Shown: positions 28,527 through 42,906, counted from the stretch's first letter. The stretch: 64,000 nucleotides of DNA from Eledone cirrhosa (GCA_964016885.1 OZ024742.1:336784001-336848000); one strand, 5' to 3'. Numbers and translations: made by a program. The notes: generated by a model not told the origin, from the letters alone.

Positions 28527-28731
28527 TGTGAGAAAAACCACAGACCTTCCATCTCAACTCTACTTTTGAAAAGCAGAAGAACTGCGAAACCGGTAAAGGA
28601 ACCAAATAAATATATATATATTTTTTTTAAAATAAGACTCCAGTTGCATTTTCGATTTCATCTTTTTTTCTTTATACTTTCACTCGTGTAGGACACCTCG
28701 GTTATTTTTCAATTTGTAAAAAAAACCTCAC

Positions 28732-28774
<43 letters not shown>

Positions 28775-28784
28775 AACAAGTAAG

Positions 28785-28878
28785 ACCCCGACGGCTGAGC
28801 TCAAGCCGTTTCGACGGCTAATTCTGGACTGAATGAAAATTTATTCTGGTATTTAAATAGCCGAGCTTATCAAGGGGT
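28785..28878 (-). ncRNA. Hammerhead ribozyme with compensatory U3-A8 core (family G)
   Basis: Minus: ACCCC-TTGATAA-G CT CGGCTA...TAGCCG T C-GAA-ACGGCT TGAGCTC AGCCGT-C-GGGGT. Confidence 0.75.
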
Positions 28879-29566
28879 AATTCCATATATGGTCAAAGAG
28901 ATAATCACCAGGATTGGTCACATCACAAGTTAGTAGTAAATCTGTGATGGCAAATTGGTGGGGGAAGGGGTAGCTAAACCTGCCGGTAGGAGAAAAAGGG
29001 AGGGGGTGGAATAGACCCATTCATGCGTTGGTAGTGCCGGCTACAGCTGGGCGTGAGGTCAAAGAGGATACTGGGGAGGGGGAGGGGGAGGAAGTCGAAA
29101 CGGTAAGTAGAACAATGAAGGGTAAAACTATAAAAAGTACTGAGAATAAAAAAAAAAATTAAAAAAAAGCAAAGTCTGGTTACTAAGACTTAAGTCTCTC
29201 GCTATTGCTAGGCTAAAGAAATACATAAATAAATAAATAAACAAATAAGTGAATAAAAGAATAGATAAATAAATTTTTAAAAAATATATATATATAATAA
29301 AGAATAAAAAAATAAATAAGTAAATAAATAATAATAATAAATATAAACTAGGTGGGACGGAAATAAAGGGACCCTTATACGAGGTATAAGTGCGTGTATC
29401 GTACGGTGACGGGTCAACAAAGGGGGGGGCCAAAATACTAAAGAGACTACCACGAAATAATAAAGGTTTCTACCCCAATCACAGGGCCAGCAACCACCCA
29501 GTGCAAGAAAGTAAACTAGTACGAGAATATAATTCAGGGTCCCGCAAAAAAATACTAAAGCTAACT

Positions 29567-30466
29567 CTAAGGGTACCGCCACGAAACAAAAAGTCTTATA
29601 CAAGCTACATGAAAGATCGTACGAAGTAAAAGTAAAGAACGGAAAATTAATACAGAACGGGGTTTGAGGCCGAGGTAAGTCCTACGTAATCGGTGTTTAC
29701 ATGCAGTAACCAGTTCATCTATCTTGTTTAGGAGTTGGTCCGTCGAAAACAACATTTGTAAAGTTTCCTCCGAGCATAAATTGCACGGACGGCGTCCTCC
29801 TGTGTAAGAGTTGGCTCTGGACAGTAATTTCCAAGTGAGATCATAGTTGATGTTGTTGTCCTTGAGGTCCCATATGTGGCCCGAAAGTGTAGTGGCGTGA
29901 CGCCGGGCCGGGTTTCGGAAGGTATGTCTGTGTTGGTATAGCCGGGTCTTGAAGTCACATGCGGTTAATCCTATATAAGCTTTGTTGGAGGTGTCCGTGC
30001 TCACGTTGCACTGGTAGATCACATTACGGTCTCTGCATCTGTTGTCGAGGGGGCAACTGGATCTATCAGGACAGTTGCACCTCCTGGTCGGCTCTCCACT
30101 GCTATTTAGGTTGTTTCTTCCATCGGGGTTGAGTTTTTTGTTGTTGGAGGAGACGATGTTTTGTGCGAAGTTAGGTGTAGTGCTGTAAGAGAGTTTGATG
30201 GTATTTTTGTTAATTATGTTGTGGTAGCGGTGTTGTAGTGGGAAGTGTTTTTCAATGAGCCTAAAGAAAATTTTCCCGATGGGAGTTGTCACCTCGGCGT
30301 TGTGGGGAGGATTGAACCATGTTACATTGCGTGAGCGGCGGTGTCGCCTGCTGGTTCCGCTAATGGGAGCTGGGCAGTAGGATATTTCCTCCCGGAAACC
30401 ATTCCGCTTGAGGGCCTGGTTGTAGTAAGGCGCATGTTCATCGAATATCTTCTCATTAGCTGACAA
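29567..30466 (-). CDS. C-terminal part of PLE polyprotein (linker + GIY-YIG endonuclease), open reading frame
   Basis: 299-aa ORF: VIYQCNV..AYIGLT..FKTRLYQH..HIWDLK..CNLC..C.H. Confidence 0.85.
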   Translation of the reverse strand: MSANEKIFDEHAPYYNQALKRNGFREEISYCPAPISGTSRRHRRSRNVTWFNPPHNAEVTTPIGKIFFRLIEKHFPLQHRYHNIINKNTIKLSYSTTPNFAQNIVSSNNKKLNPDGRNNLNSSGEPTRRCNCPDRSSCPLDNRCRDRNVIYQCNVSTDTSNKAYIGLTACDFKTRLYQHRHTFRNPARRHATTLSGHIWDLKDNNINYDLTWKLLSRANSYTGGRRPCNLCSEETLQMLFSTDQLLNKIDELVTACKHRLRRTYLGLKPRSVLIFRSLLLLRTIFHVACIRLFVSWRYP

Positions 30467-30567
30467 ACGGGATATGCAGAGGGAGATGTTTTTGACCAGG
30501 TTGTTGGTGATGTTCCTAGGATGGTTAGATCGGCGGTGGATGTAGTGCAGGTTGTCATTAGGTTTCC

Positions 30568-30940
30568 AGATGGTGGATGGGTACTACACGAGAATGCTGA
30601 GGATGGCTCTGAACATTAATCAGTATACACTGAGGATGAAAAACTCAGAGCTGTATGGGAGCATCCCAAAAGTCAGCTCAAAAGTGACACAGAGGAGACT
30701 GACGTTAGCTGGACATGCTCACCGACATCCAGAGTTGACATTGCACTCACTACTCCTTTGGGAGCCCCTACATGGACACACTAGAAGAGGAAGACCAAGG
30801 TTAACGTATGTTGATGCCCTTAGGACAGACACTGGTCTGTTGGAGATGCAGGACATGGCAGCGATAATGAGGGACAGAGACCGCTGGAGAGAACTCGTCC
30901 ATGGATCTCAGGAATTGTACCCGCCTTAGATAGACACATC
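30568..30940 (+). mobile_element. 3' end of an RTE-group LINE
   Basis: DGYYTRMLRMALNI..LYG..RRLTLAGH..LLLWEP.HG..RGRP..TYVD.L..DTG; joined back-to-back to the PLE. Confidence 0.75.
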
Positions 30941-32885
30941 AATATATATACACATACACACCAGTATATATACACATACACACCAGTATATACACATACA
31001 CACCAGTATATATACACATACACACCAGTATATACACATACACACCAGTATATATACACATACACACCAGTATATATACACATACACACCAGTATATACA
31101 CACATACACACCAGTATATATACACATACACACCAGTATATATACACATGCACACCAGTATATATACATACACACCAGTATATATACACATACACACCAG
31201 TATATATACACATGCACACCAGTATATATACACATACACACCAGTATATATACACATACACACCAGTATATACACATACACACCAGTATATATACACATA
31301 CACACCAGTATATATACACATGCACACCAGTATATATACACATACACACCAGTATATACACATGCACACCAGTATATACACATACACACCAGTATATATA
31401 CACATACACACCAGTATATATACACATACACACCAGTATATATACACATACACACCAGTATATATACACATACACACCAGTATATATACACATGCACACC
31501 AGTATATACACATACACACCAGTATATATACACATGCACACCAGTATATATACACATTTACACCAGTATATATACACATACACACCAGTATATATACACA
31601 TACACACCAGTATATATACACATACACACCAGTATATACACATGCACACCAGTATATATACACATACACACCAGTATATATACACATACACACCAGTATA
31701 TATACACATACACACCAGTATATATACACATACACACCAGTATATATACACATACACACCAGTATATACACATACATACCAGTATATATACACATACACA
31801 CCAGTATATATACACATACACACCAGTATATATACACATACACACCAGTATATATACACATACACACCAGTATATATACACATACACACCAGTATATATA
31901 CACATACACACCAGTATATATACACATACACACCAGTATATATACACATACACACCAGTATATACACATACATACCAGTATATATACACATACACACCAG
32001 TATATATACACATACACACCAGTATATACACATACACACCAGTATATATACATACACCAGTATATACACACACACACACCAGTATATACACACACACACA
32101 CCAGTATATATACTCACACACCAGTATATACACACCAGTATATATACACATACACACCAGTATATATACACACACACACCAGTATATATACTCACACACC
32201 AGTATATATACACATACACACCAGTATATATACATACACACCAGTATATATACATACACATGAGTATATATACACATACACACCAGTATATACACATACA
32301 CACCAGTATATATACACGCCAGTATATACACATACACACCAGTATATATACACATACACACCAGTATATACACATACACACCAGTATATATACACATACA
32401 CACCAGTATATATACACATACACACCAGTATATATACACATACACACCAGTATATATACACATACACACCAGTATATACACATACACACCAGTATATATA
32501 CACATACACACCAGTATATATACACATACACACCAGTATATACACATACACACCAGTATATATACACATACACACCAGTATATATACACATACACACCAG
32601 TATATACACATACACACCAGTATATATACACATACACACCAGTATATATACACATACACACCAGTATATATACACATGCACGCCAGTATATACACATACA
32701 CACCAGTATATATACACATACACACCAGTATATATACACATACACACCAGTATATATACACATACACACCACTATATACACACACATACACCAGTATATA
32801 CACACACACACCAGTATACACACACTCACACCACTATATACACACACACCAGTATATACACACCAGTATATACACACACTCACAC
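30941..32885. repeat. 20/22-bp minisatellite (CCAGTATATATACACATACACA)n
   Basis: Directly visible; accounts for all long HIY/VCM ORFs here. Confidence 0.97.
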
Positions 32886-33611
32886 TGACTTTACTTCCTC
32901 ACATGTCCACTACGCCTTCTACACACATACACATAACTTCCTACAGACATACACATAACTTCCCACACACACATGCCACTCTCACCCACACATACCTGTC
33001 TTCACGGCTACTACCCTCACGCACACATAGTAGTACTACTATCACCCTCACTGACCACCTCCTCTCCTCCCTTTCACACATTGCCCTGCCATCATCACCC
33101 TCTCTACCCTCTCCTTCGACCACGGTTGCACACGCCACTACACTGTCCATACGAACCCACATCACCTACAGACGTACCACGCATCCCCTTCTCTTAACCA
33201 CACAAACACTTGCACATCTACACATACACCCACACTTCACCCCATCTGTCCCTCTCTATCCACACACACACACCCATACAGGGACTACACACGCACAACA
33301 TACACTCCACCCCTTACACACACACAATGGTTTTTCAAAACCCACATTCACATATACTCACTTCCTCCCAGACTCTCACACTTACATCCATACCTCCCCC
33401 TCTCTCCTACACACTACCCCACCCTTGCCATCCCAGAGCAGTATACCCCTCCCACCCTTTCACTTTTAAAAAAAATTGATTTTTTTATATATTCTTTTTA
33501 ATTGTTTTTATTTATTTTGATTTTCATGTTTATTTTTACTTCTATTTTTCCCGTTCTTTCATGTTTTTCCTATTAACTCCCCTCCTCACTCTCTCTCGGA
33601 GTTCCTCCCTA

Positions 33612-33675
33612 CTTTCCTGATGAAGGACTTATGTCCGAAACGCTGTAACCTCCCCCACTCTCACCAAGCGTAAAG
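33612..33675 (+). ncRNA. Hammerhead ribozyme (family D), stem I damaged
   Basis: CTTTC-CTGATGA-A GGAC TTAT GTCC-GAA-ACGCT...AGCGT-A-AAG; at the end of a C/T-rich 3'-UTR-like tract (32890-33730). Confidence 0.65.
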
Positions 33676-33737
33676 CTAATAACACTATGTACTATTGACT
33701 CCTGCATTTGTTTGTTTATCCTTTTGAACTATATATA

Positions 33738-35190
33738 TACTAGCAGTTTAGCCCGGCGTTGCTCGGGTTTGTTCATTTGCTATGAAAAGTTACATACAGG
33801 TAAACGTGGCTTGAAAGCGAATAAGCTTATCAATTAAGTGCATAAAGCAGTTGAACCGGTTATTAAAAGTTATGAACCAATTAGCATTTTGGACAATCAA
33901 TGATGGGTTAATAATCTTCCAATAGCGAATTTAGCAGACCAAAGTTGCAAGATGGTGGCCCTGATGCCGCTGGGTGTCAGATCTGTCTGCCATGGGTGAC
34001 CCTACCAGGAAATAGTTTTCCAGACGGCATAGCTCCAACACCTCCAACACCTGCACCACAACATCTATAGCACCTCTTTGTAGACGATATTGAGTGTCAT
34101 CCCTTAAGGAGTGTAAGCAAAATGTCCATTCCTGCTCCCTATGCGGGAACAGGCAACATAAAGTTGGCCATGGGAGAAGCATGGCTCCCCCAAATGGATG
34201 CCTGCCACCGACAATGTTTGCCCTTGTGACTTGTTAATAGACATGGCAAAACATGGTCTCACCGGGAATTGGGATCGCCGGAAATCGAGCAGGATATCTG
34301 ACGCCGAGGGGAAAAGGTTCATCCTTGGCAGTGTATTTGGCAGAATTGCCAGAAGTACAACACTATGGGTGTTGTCATTAATATTTAACCAATTAAAGTC
34401 GTAAAAAATAAATAATTTAAACATTCCGATTCTTATGTCTATAGCATTAATCTGTTATATGAAGTGTTATTTTGCGGGTTGTTATTTGCAATAAGCCAAT
34501 TTAAAATGCCCCAGAAAAGCCGTATGTCAATACGGAACTCCAATGACTCCCCCAGCAGTTAAATTATAGAGAGGGGGAATAATCTATTATAGAGAGAGGG
34601 AAGAGCGACGGAGAGAGTAAAGCTATGTTTGTTGTGTAAATTGATGTGTTGCTTAGTTTTCAAAGTTTATGTCGCGTTCCTGAACAAAGTTTTGTCACTG
34701 TTGTAAACTGTAATGGTGATAGGGTAGTAGAGGAAGGCATTAACCTTTTAAAGAGAGTTGCAGAGGAGATTGAGAGGGGAGAAGAGGGAGGGATGAACCT
34801 TTTAAAGAGAGTTGCAGAGGAGATTGAGGGGGGAGTAGAGGGAGGGATGAACCTTTTAAAGAGAGTTGCAGAGGAGATTGAGAGGGGAGTAGAGGGAGGG
34901 CTGAACCTTTTAAAGAGAGTTGCAACATGTATGTAGTTTCATAGATTGTTGAGGGTAGTAGAGAGAGGGATTAAGCGTGTAGGAGAGAGGGTTACAGCAT
35001 GTATTTAGTTTTATCGATTTTTTTCATAGAAGCAGGAAATTTTTGGCAAAGTTTATTACGCATTGACCATCGTTGGTAAATTTGGAGCACATTGGAAAAA
35101 AAATCATCAAAATCGGTAGAGAAATGTGGAAATGCATAAAAAATCATACACAACACAGACAAACATCTTCCGTTTTATATATATATAGAG
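33738..35190. mobile_element. Helitron/Helentron-like composite element
   Basis: Starts ACTAG..CCCGGCGTTGCTCGGG and ends ACAGACAAAC..TTTTATATATATAGA; contains a Pif1 helicase fragment and a 60-bp x3 tandem repeat (34740-34925). Confidence 0.65.
34104..34340 (-). pseudogene. Helitron-type Pif1 helicase C-terminal fragment
   Basis: RRSQFPVRPCFAMSINKSQGQTL..G..L..PCFSHGQLYVACSR (helicase motifs V-VI). Confidence 0.85.
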
Positions 35191-35214
35191 ATATAATTCA
35201 AATTAAAAGATATA

Positions 35215-35380
35215 TTATCATCATCACCATCATTTAATGTCTATCTTCCATGCTAGCATGGGTTAGACAGGAATTGTCCCACTTGAGGCAAGATTGATCA
35301 GGTAACCGTGTCTCGCTCGTATAGGACTATCTGGTAGGTTTTCTACAGCTGGATGCCCTTCCTAACACCAACCACATTTA
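35215..35380 (-). mobile_element. SINE/RTE shared 3' tail
   Basis: TTCTACAGCTGGATGCCCTTCCTAACAC; a similar + copy lies at 36190-36372. Confidence 0.7.
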
Positions 35381-36623
35381 ATATAATATTGGATAGGAGT
35401 TGTAGCTTCAATATAGCAGGTACTAATGGAGTGACAAGTCAAACATTATCGTCCAGAGTAAACACAAAATGCTAGACATATGGAATTCAAAAAGGTGCTC
35501 AGGGTTGTTGGAAAGATGTTTAATAATTTTGTGGGTGGCTACCAAGTCAGTTGCCAGACTTGACACTGTTTGTCTAGGCATTACAAAAACCCTGTTCAAA
35601 TATTAAGCAGTTTAACTCTAACGATCAGATACTGCACTGTGCCTAAAAAAAATACATTCGTACAATGATTTTAGAAACCACGCACTGTCAAATTTTACCA
35701 TAGAAAACAAGCTGTTACAATTGTGATTAAAAAGAGCAGTCTTTCTATTTTGTTTATATTATATTCTCCAAGAGATATGTCTTCCCTGCTATATTTGCTA
35801 TATTTATTCTTAGTTAATTAAATCAAGTAAATTTAGATTTTGTTTACGTCACATGAAATCACCATCCTCACTGAAGTAATATGTCCTCACTTAGAATTAT
35901 AAATACAGTAGTTACATAATACAGTATAATTGAGCCAAATATAATTTTTGGCATGTCCCAATTATTTCAAATCAATCGTATTTATGTCAGGAGGAAATGA
36001 TATTACTTGAAAAGAAAACATGGCATTAATCTTAAGAGCTCTCTTTAACCTTTTTAATAGAAACTCCACAAAGATTACCCATACTGAAGTTTTCACACTT
36101 AACTTAAAATCTCATTGCTAAATCCTCCATCCAATGAGCATTCTGTTGTTTAAGCAACTGAATATCTAACTCATGGATTAACGTATAAAAGCACCCAGCA
36201 TCCATTGTAAATGTGGTTGATGTTAGGAAGCGCATCCAGCTGTAGAAACCTAGCCAGAAACAGTTCTGTGTGAGCAAGACACAGTCACCTGACCTCACTT
36301 TCCTCTAATAGGTAAAATCGTCTAACCCATGCTAGTGTGGAAAATTGATGTTAAACAATGATGATGATGATGTGTACCATTAATCAGTGTGACAAGGCTG
36401 GGTTTGTGAATTACAGATACAATCCATCTGATGGGCTTCCTCACAGCAGTTTCTGTCTACCAAATTTCACTTAACAGGATTGGATTGACTAGAAGCTATT
36501 GTAAAGACACTTTTTCAAGATGTCCCACAGTGGGATCAAACCCAGAACCACAAAAATCTCATTACAACATCAAGAGTAACATGGGGTTTCAGCTGCTCAT
36601 CACCAATGTAATACACCAATATA

Positions 36624-37108
36624 CAGGGTGAGCATAAAGTCTTTCCCTGATTATAAAATACTATATCTTGAATAAGGGCGGTGGATTGGCAGTATCGGTA
36701 GAGCGTCAGACGCCATGCTTTGACACAGAGTTACGGCCCTTGCCATTCTGAGTTCAAATCCCGCCAAGGTTAACTTTGTCTTTCATCCTTATGGGGGTTG
36801 ATAAAATAAAGTACCAGTAATGCACTGGGATAATTGCTGGCCTTGTGCCAATAGTAGAAACAACTATATCTTGAATACTATTTGTAACAGTTGATATGCT
36901 TCAGAAAACATGGCATGAAAATGAATATTGCTTAGATGTGCTCTGAGTGAGGAGTGGGGCCCATGTTGAAGTTCACTGGAGTTTGTGTGTGAATGAAAAA
37001 AAACCTTCTAGACATGTGTTATAAGTGTGCCAAAAACTGTTTTGCTATCTTGTTTATGTTTTGCTTAATAAAAGTTTATAACCAGGGAAAGACTTTATGC
37101 TCACCCTG
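36624..37108. mobile_element. Tc1/mariner-type MITE
   Basis: TIR CAGGGTGAGCATAAAGTCTTTCCCTG(A/G)TTATAAA at both ends, TA on both flanks. Confidence 0.9.
36675..36862 (+). mobile_element. Full-length tRNA-derived SINE (family 1) nested in the MITE
   Basis: A-box-like TGGCAGTATCGG, B-box GAGTTCAAATCC, 15-bp TSD ACTATATCTTGAATA at 36660-36674 and 36863-36877. Confidence 0.88.
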
Positions 37109-39104
37109 TATAACAGTTACAGACATTTTACTAAAGCCCCCAACAGAATCTTGATTTTATTGAAAAATACTGCAAACACAGAGGTAGTATAGATATTAGA
37201 AATACAGTTAGGAAAGGGTTAATAGTTAAAACAGGCTCAAAAGAATGAGTGAAAGAAAGGAGAGATGTCAGATCCAACCAAGGAAACAATATTTCCATTG
37301 GTCTTTTCTATTGCTGACACTATCTGCTGGTCATAATGCCTAGCAGCAGAAGATGGGGATTTGAACTCAGAACATGCACAGTTGAATCAGATACTGTGCA
37401 AAACATCCTGCCCAGTTCTTGAACAATTCCATCAATCCATCATCACTGATGCCCGTAAGGGTGTCTGGTTGTTTCAGCAGCTTAGCCTCGCCATCACCCA
37501 TGGTAATGCTGCCACTGTGTTGGTTTGCTTCAAAATGTTTTGTTGACTCTTATGATGTGTGACTGGTGGTGAATTTATTCCCCCTTTTGTTTTTTCCTTT
37601 TTCTCACTCTGGTCATGTGTTTTGGTGTGTTGTATATGTAAGGTTCCTAGCAATAGTTAATTATATTTATTATATGTATTTATATTTTCATTCTAAAAGA
37701 ATTGTGAGCAATTTGTAACGTCATTTATGTATTTATTTAAAACAAATAAAGGTAACTTCTTCACTGGTACTTTATTTATTAACCTTGAAAGAATGAAAAG
37801 TAAAGTTAACCTGGATGGGATTTGAAACAGGGGCATAGTGAACTTGAGCAAATACTCGGACATTTAATCCAATGGGTTAATGACTGCTAATAATTTTTTT
37901 TGCCTGTGACAAAACAAACAAAAAAAAAATATCAATATGACAAAAAAAAGAACAAAAGAAAAACATAACAGATAAATTATATTCAATCAATGGCTACATC
38001 ACAAACAAACAGAAAAATAAAAAAGAAAATATGGATTTTCATTTACGGGTTTATTGGAAACCAGTCTCTAAAGATATACAAAGAAAAGAACAGGCTAAAA
38101 CCTACATAAGAAGGGAGGCAACTGAGAGCACTTGTAAACTGGTGGTCAGTTACTTTGCTGGCTTTCTTTCTCAGCAGAGATACACAAAACCAAGTTCAGG
38201 TTGGTTGGCTGCCACTAAAGAGACAGCTAGAATTTTTTTGTTTGTTTTTGTTAGTTTTTTTTTTTTTTCAGTTTTTCCTTCTCTGGCTAATTTGCCCGGT
38301 GGCATCGGTCAAATTGCAAGGCTTTATTACTTTTTTCTTCTTCAAATTTTATCATAATTATAGGTATATATATTTTTTCTTCTTCTTTCTGTTAAAAATG
38401 GTGGCATTGTGCCTCTTGTTAAGTGAATAGACATTAAGAATTACACAGCAAAGCAGCTTACAAATGGCCAACTATCAATTTTATATCAAGTTTTTGGATT
38501 TTCTTTTTAAAAATTTATTTACATGTCTTGCACTTATATATATATATATATAATACATACATACAATATATATACACAATATATATATAACATTCTATAT
38601 ATAGATCTTATATATATATATAATATATATATTTACATTATATATAATGAGTATGTATACACACACCGTCATTAATGACGGTGTGTGTATAAAAATTTGT
38701 TAAATATACATATATTCCCACCAATTGTTTTTTTTCTCTTGCTTTGGGGGTTTTTTTCCCAATTTTTTTTTTATTTACTTTAACTCACATTTTAATATTA
38801 ATATTATCATTATTATTTTGCACGCTAAATGTTATTCCTCGTGAAAGCGACCCAGGAGTCGCAAAAGTCAGCATCATTGTGTTTTTCTTCCCTCGTAATC
38901 TCAACAAAGTTTTTTGTTTGTTTTTTTGTTTTTTCTAATATATAATATATTTTATATTTACAATCAGTCAAACCCAGCTTTGGGAGTCAGCTACTTCTGT
39001 TCTTCATTATTCCATTTACCCCTTCCTTCCTTTCTTTCTCTCTTTCTCCAAGTGTGTGTGTGTGTTTATATCTGCTAAGAATATGGCAAAGATTATTAAA
39101 AATT

Positions 39105-39260
39105 TACATAACATACATACATATACATTCATACATGCCACATACATATGTATATATATATATACATAAGTATATATATATATATACATCTGTATATATA
39201 TACATATATATATATACATATACGTGTGCGTGTATATATATATATATGTATATATATACA

Positions 39261-39292
<32 letters not shown>

Positions 39293-39409
39293 CATGTGTA
39301 TATATATATACAAATGTGTATATATATATATATATACATGTGTGTATATATATATATATATATACATGTGTGTATATATATATATATATATACATGTGTA
39401 TATTTATAT

Positions 39410-39482
<73 letters not shown>

Positions 39483-39488
39483 CATATG

Positions 39489-39521
<33 letters not shown>

Positions 39522-39533
39522 ATACATGTGTGA

Positions 39534-39589
<56 letters not shown>

Positions 39590-39592
39590 GTG

Positions 39593-39625
<33 letters not shown>

Positions 39626-39672
39626 ATACATGTGTGAGTATATAAATATATATATATATATATACATATGTG

Positions 39673-39721
<49 letters not shown>

Positions 39722-39728
39722 ATATGTG

Positions 39729-39759
<31 letters not shown>

Positions 39760-39771
39760 ACATATATATAT

Positions 39772-39803
<32 letters not shown>

Positions 39804-39856
39804 GTATATATATATATATACATATATACATATGTATATATAGATATATACGTGTG

Positions 39857-39900
<44 letters not shown>

Positions 39901-40001
39901 TATACATATATATATACATATATATACATATATATATACATATATATACATATATATATACATATATATATACATACATATATATATACATATATATATA
40001 C

Positions 40002-40032
<31 letters not shown>

Positions 40033-40033
40033 C

Positions 40034-40076
<43 letters not shown>

Positions 40077-40319
40077 TATATACATATATATATACATACA
40101 TATATATATACATATATATATACATATATATATATACATATATATATATATACATATATATATACATACATATATATATACATATATATATACATATATA
40201 TATATACATATATATATATATACATATATATAAACATATATATATATACATATATATATATACATATATATATATATACATATATATATACATATATATA
40301 TACATATATATATATATAC

Positions 40320-40352
<33 letters not shown>

Positions 40353-40357
40353 CATAC

Positions 40358-40392
<35 letters not shown>

Positions 40393-40467
40393 CATATGTA
40401 TATACATATATATATATATACATATGTACATATATATATATACATATATATATATATACATATGTAC

Positions 40468-40514
<47 letters not shown>

Positions 40515-40515
40515 C

Positions 40516-40582
<67 letters not shown>

Positions 40583-40593
40583 CATATATATAC

Positions 40594-40626
<33 letters not shown>

Positions 40627-40942
40627 CATATATACATATATATACATATATAGATATATATACATATATACATATATATACATATTTATACATATATACA
40701 TATATATACATATTTATACATATATATACACATATACATATATATGTATATATATAAATATATATATACATATATATGTATATATATAAATATATATATA
40801 CATATACATATATATGTATATATATAAATATATATATACATATACATATATATGTATATATATATATATATACCTATATATGTATATAAATACATATATA
40901 TATACATATATATGTATATATATATATATATATACATATATA

Positions 40943-40973
<31 letters not shown>

Positions 40974-40974
40974 G

Positions 40975-41006
<32 letters not shown>

Positions 41007-41030
41007 TACATATATATGTATATATACATA

Positions 41031-41090
<60 letters not shown>

Positions 41091-41131
41091 TATGCATATA
41101 TATATATGTATATATATATATACACATATAC

Positions 41132-41162
<31 letters not shown>

Positions 41163-41170
41163 TATATATG

Positions 41171-41202
<32 letters not shown>

Positions 41203-41216
41203 TATATATGTATATA

Positions 41217-41251
<35 letters not shown>

Positions 41252-41262
41252 GTATATATAAT
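39105..41262. repeat. Long imperfect (TA)n/(TACA)n microsatellite
   Basis: Directly visible. Similar tracts at 42785-43125, 43395-44460, 44868-45748, 46650-47030, 47374-47853, 48080-48570, 52383-52905 and 53500-53893. Confidence 0.97.
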
Positions 41263-41297
41263 ATATAAGATCAAAAGATGGTTAAATGAGTTCCATG

Positions 41298-41368
41298 TAT
41301 TTTATTATGCGCATTTCAAAAACAAATATCATCATGCAATAACATTTGTGTTTTCATCAGACAAAATA
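41298..41368 (-). ncRNA. Hammerhead ribozyme (family F)
   Basis: Minus: TATTTTGT-CTGATGA-36-nt hairpin-GAA-ATGCGCAT-A-ATAAAATA. Confidence 0.78.
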
Positions 41369-42527
41369 GGAAGACATGATATGAAGGTTAAAAACACTTG
41401 TGGATAGTGCAGTTTTAAATCCACATATGAAAAGTAGTTTTAGATTGATGTGTGATATTGGGGAAATAAATTTTGAGAGGGGGGGGGGATGAAAAAGAGG
41501 AGGAGATGAGAGTAAAAAGTGGAGGGGGAGGAGTATAATGAGGAAGGATGAGATATGGGTGATAGAGAGAGAGAGAGATAGCTTTTATAACTGAGAAAAA
41601 TATAATTTTACATAGAGAGGTTGAAAAACCGTTGGAAGATAATGTATAAATTAAAAGAATTTGAAAATTAATGAAGAGAAAAATAATGTAAAGTTAAGGT
41701 TTGTATATTTGAAGGGTTTAATAATATGTGTGATGAAAAGAAATTGTTAATATGTATTAAGAATAATATTTAAGGGTTTAATAATATGTGCGATGGAAAG
41801 AAAATGTTAATATGTATTAAGAATAATATTTAAGGGTTTAATAATATGTGCGATGGAAAGAAAATGTGATATGTATTATTAAAAAAACAAAAGTAATGTA
41901 AGTAAGGATATATTGTGAGATGAGCATGAGTAAGATAGATGAAAGGGAGAAAAAAATAATGAATTTAGGATGAATAATCTAACGTCAAAAAAATGTGTTT
42001 ATGTTTACGAAGGATTTTTTCAAGGTGATATAAAGTAAGAATATTATTGTATTGTGTAATAATTGTTTCTATGTTAGGCACAGTGAGAAAAGGTACAGAT
42101 TAGGGGTTAGAAATTAAAAGAAAAAGAAAAGAAAAGGAAAAGGAAGAAAGGGAAGTGATATAGAATGAGTAACAAGTATTATATAATGTATAATAAATAA
42201 CTTTGAAATAAGGTAGAAAGATGGGTATATTTTTAAAGAAGTATATATATATATATATATGTGTGCCTTTGAGAAAAGGATTCTGAATTGATAAAGTTTA
42301 GGATATTAGCTGTATACTTTATGGAAAGTTCTGTGGAATTTATGCAAGCAGATAGAAAACAAATTAGATATCTAAATTAGATATAATGGTAAATTTTTCA
42401 TTTAGACAGAGATTGCAAGTCTTGGATAGAGAAGTGTTCAAGTATGAGGAAGCAGAAGAAGCCTTTTTCCAAGAGATGTTATATTTAATATTTTTGTCTT
42501 TCAAGGACCATATGAGTTCTGGGAGAG

Positions 42528-42590
42528 TTATCTGATGAAAACACAAATGTTATTGCATGATGATATTTGTTTTTGAAATGCGCATAATAA
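42528..42590 (+). ncRNA. Hammerhead ribozyme (family F)
   Basis: TTAT-CTGATGA-AAACACAAAT..ATTTGTTTTT-GAA-ATGCGCAT-A-ATAA. Confidence 0.72.
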
Positions 42591-42825
42591 AATACATGGA
42601 ACTCATTTAACCATCTTTTGATCTTATATATTATGTATACTCCAGTCCTACAAACTGTAGAGTGCTTCTTATCCGATATCTGAATTTCTTTAATGTACTA
42701 CAATAAAACTCACCTCCTACATATATGTATATATATTATTAGTTCTGGCAATATTACACAAATATGACCATCCCCAAGTATAACTATATATATATAGATA
42801 TATATAGAGAGATATATATATATAC

Positions 42826-42858
<33 letters not shown>

Positions 42859-42875
42859 GAGATATATATATATAC

Positions 42876-42906
<31 letters not shown>

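Larger units (their letters stand above)
28772..30567 (-). mobile_element. 5'-truncated Penelope-like element (Neptune-like) with 3' pseudo-LTR
   Basis: RT thumb (KPND..SNHP), WFNPP, CNC..CPL linker and GIY-YIG; 3' UTR with a hammerhead ends at (TA)n. Confidence 0.9.
41262..42722 (-). mobile_element. PLE 3' fragment with pseudo-LTR plus inverted pseudo-LTR
   Basis: 42520-42340 encodes IWSLKDKNIKYNISW..CNLCLNEK (GIY-YIG end); hammerhead F on - at 41298-41368 and on + at 42528-42590. Confidence 0.85.

Noticed and set aside
30820-32958. Long ORFs of 250-600 aa
   Set aside because: Translations of the 20/22-bp minisatellite, open in several frames on both strands.
33960-34040. Possible RTE 5' UTR / HDV-like ribozyme fragment (also 4690-4945 and 62980-63572)
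   Set aside because: Only a vague resemblance; I could not build the double pseudoknot by eye. An Infernal HDV-like search would decide.
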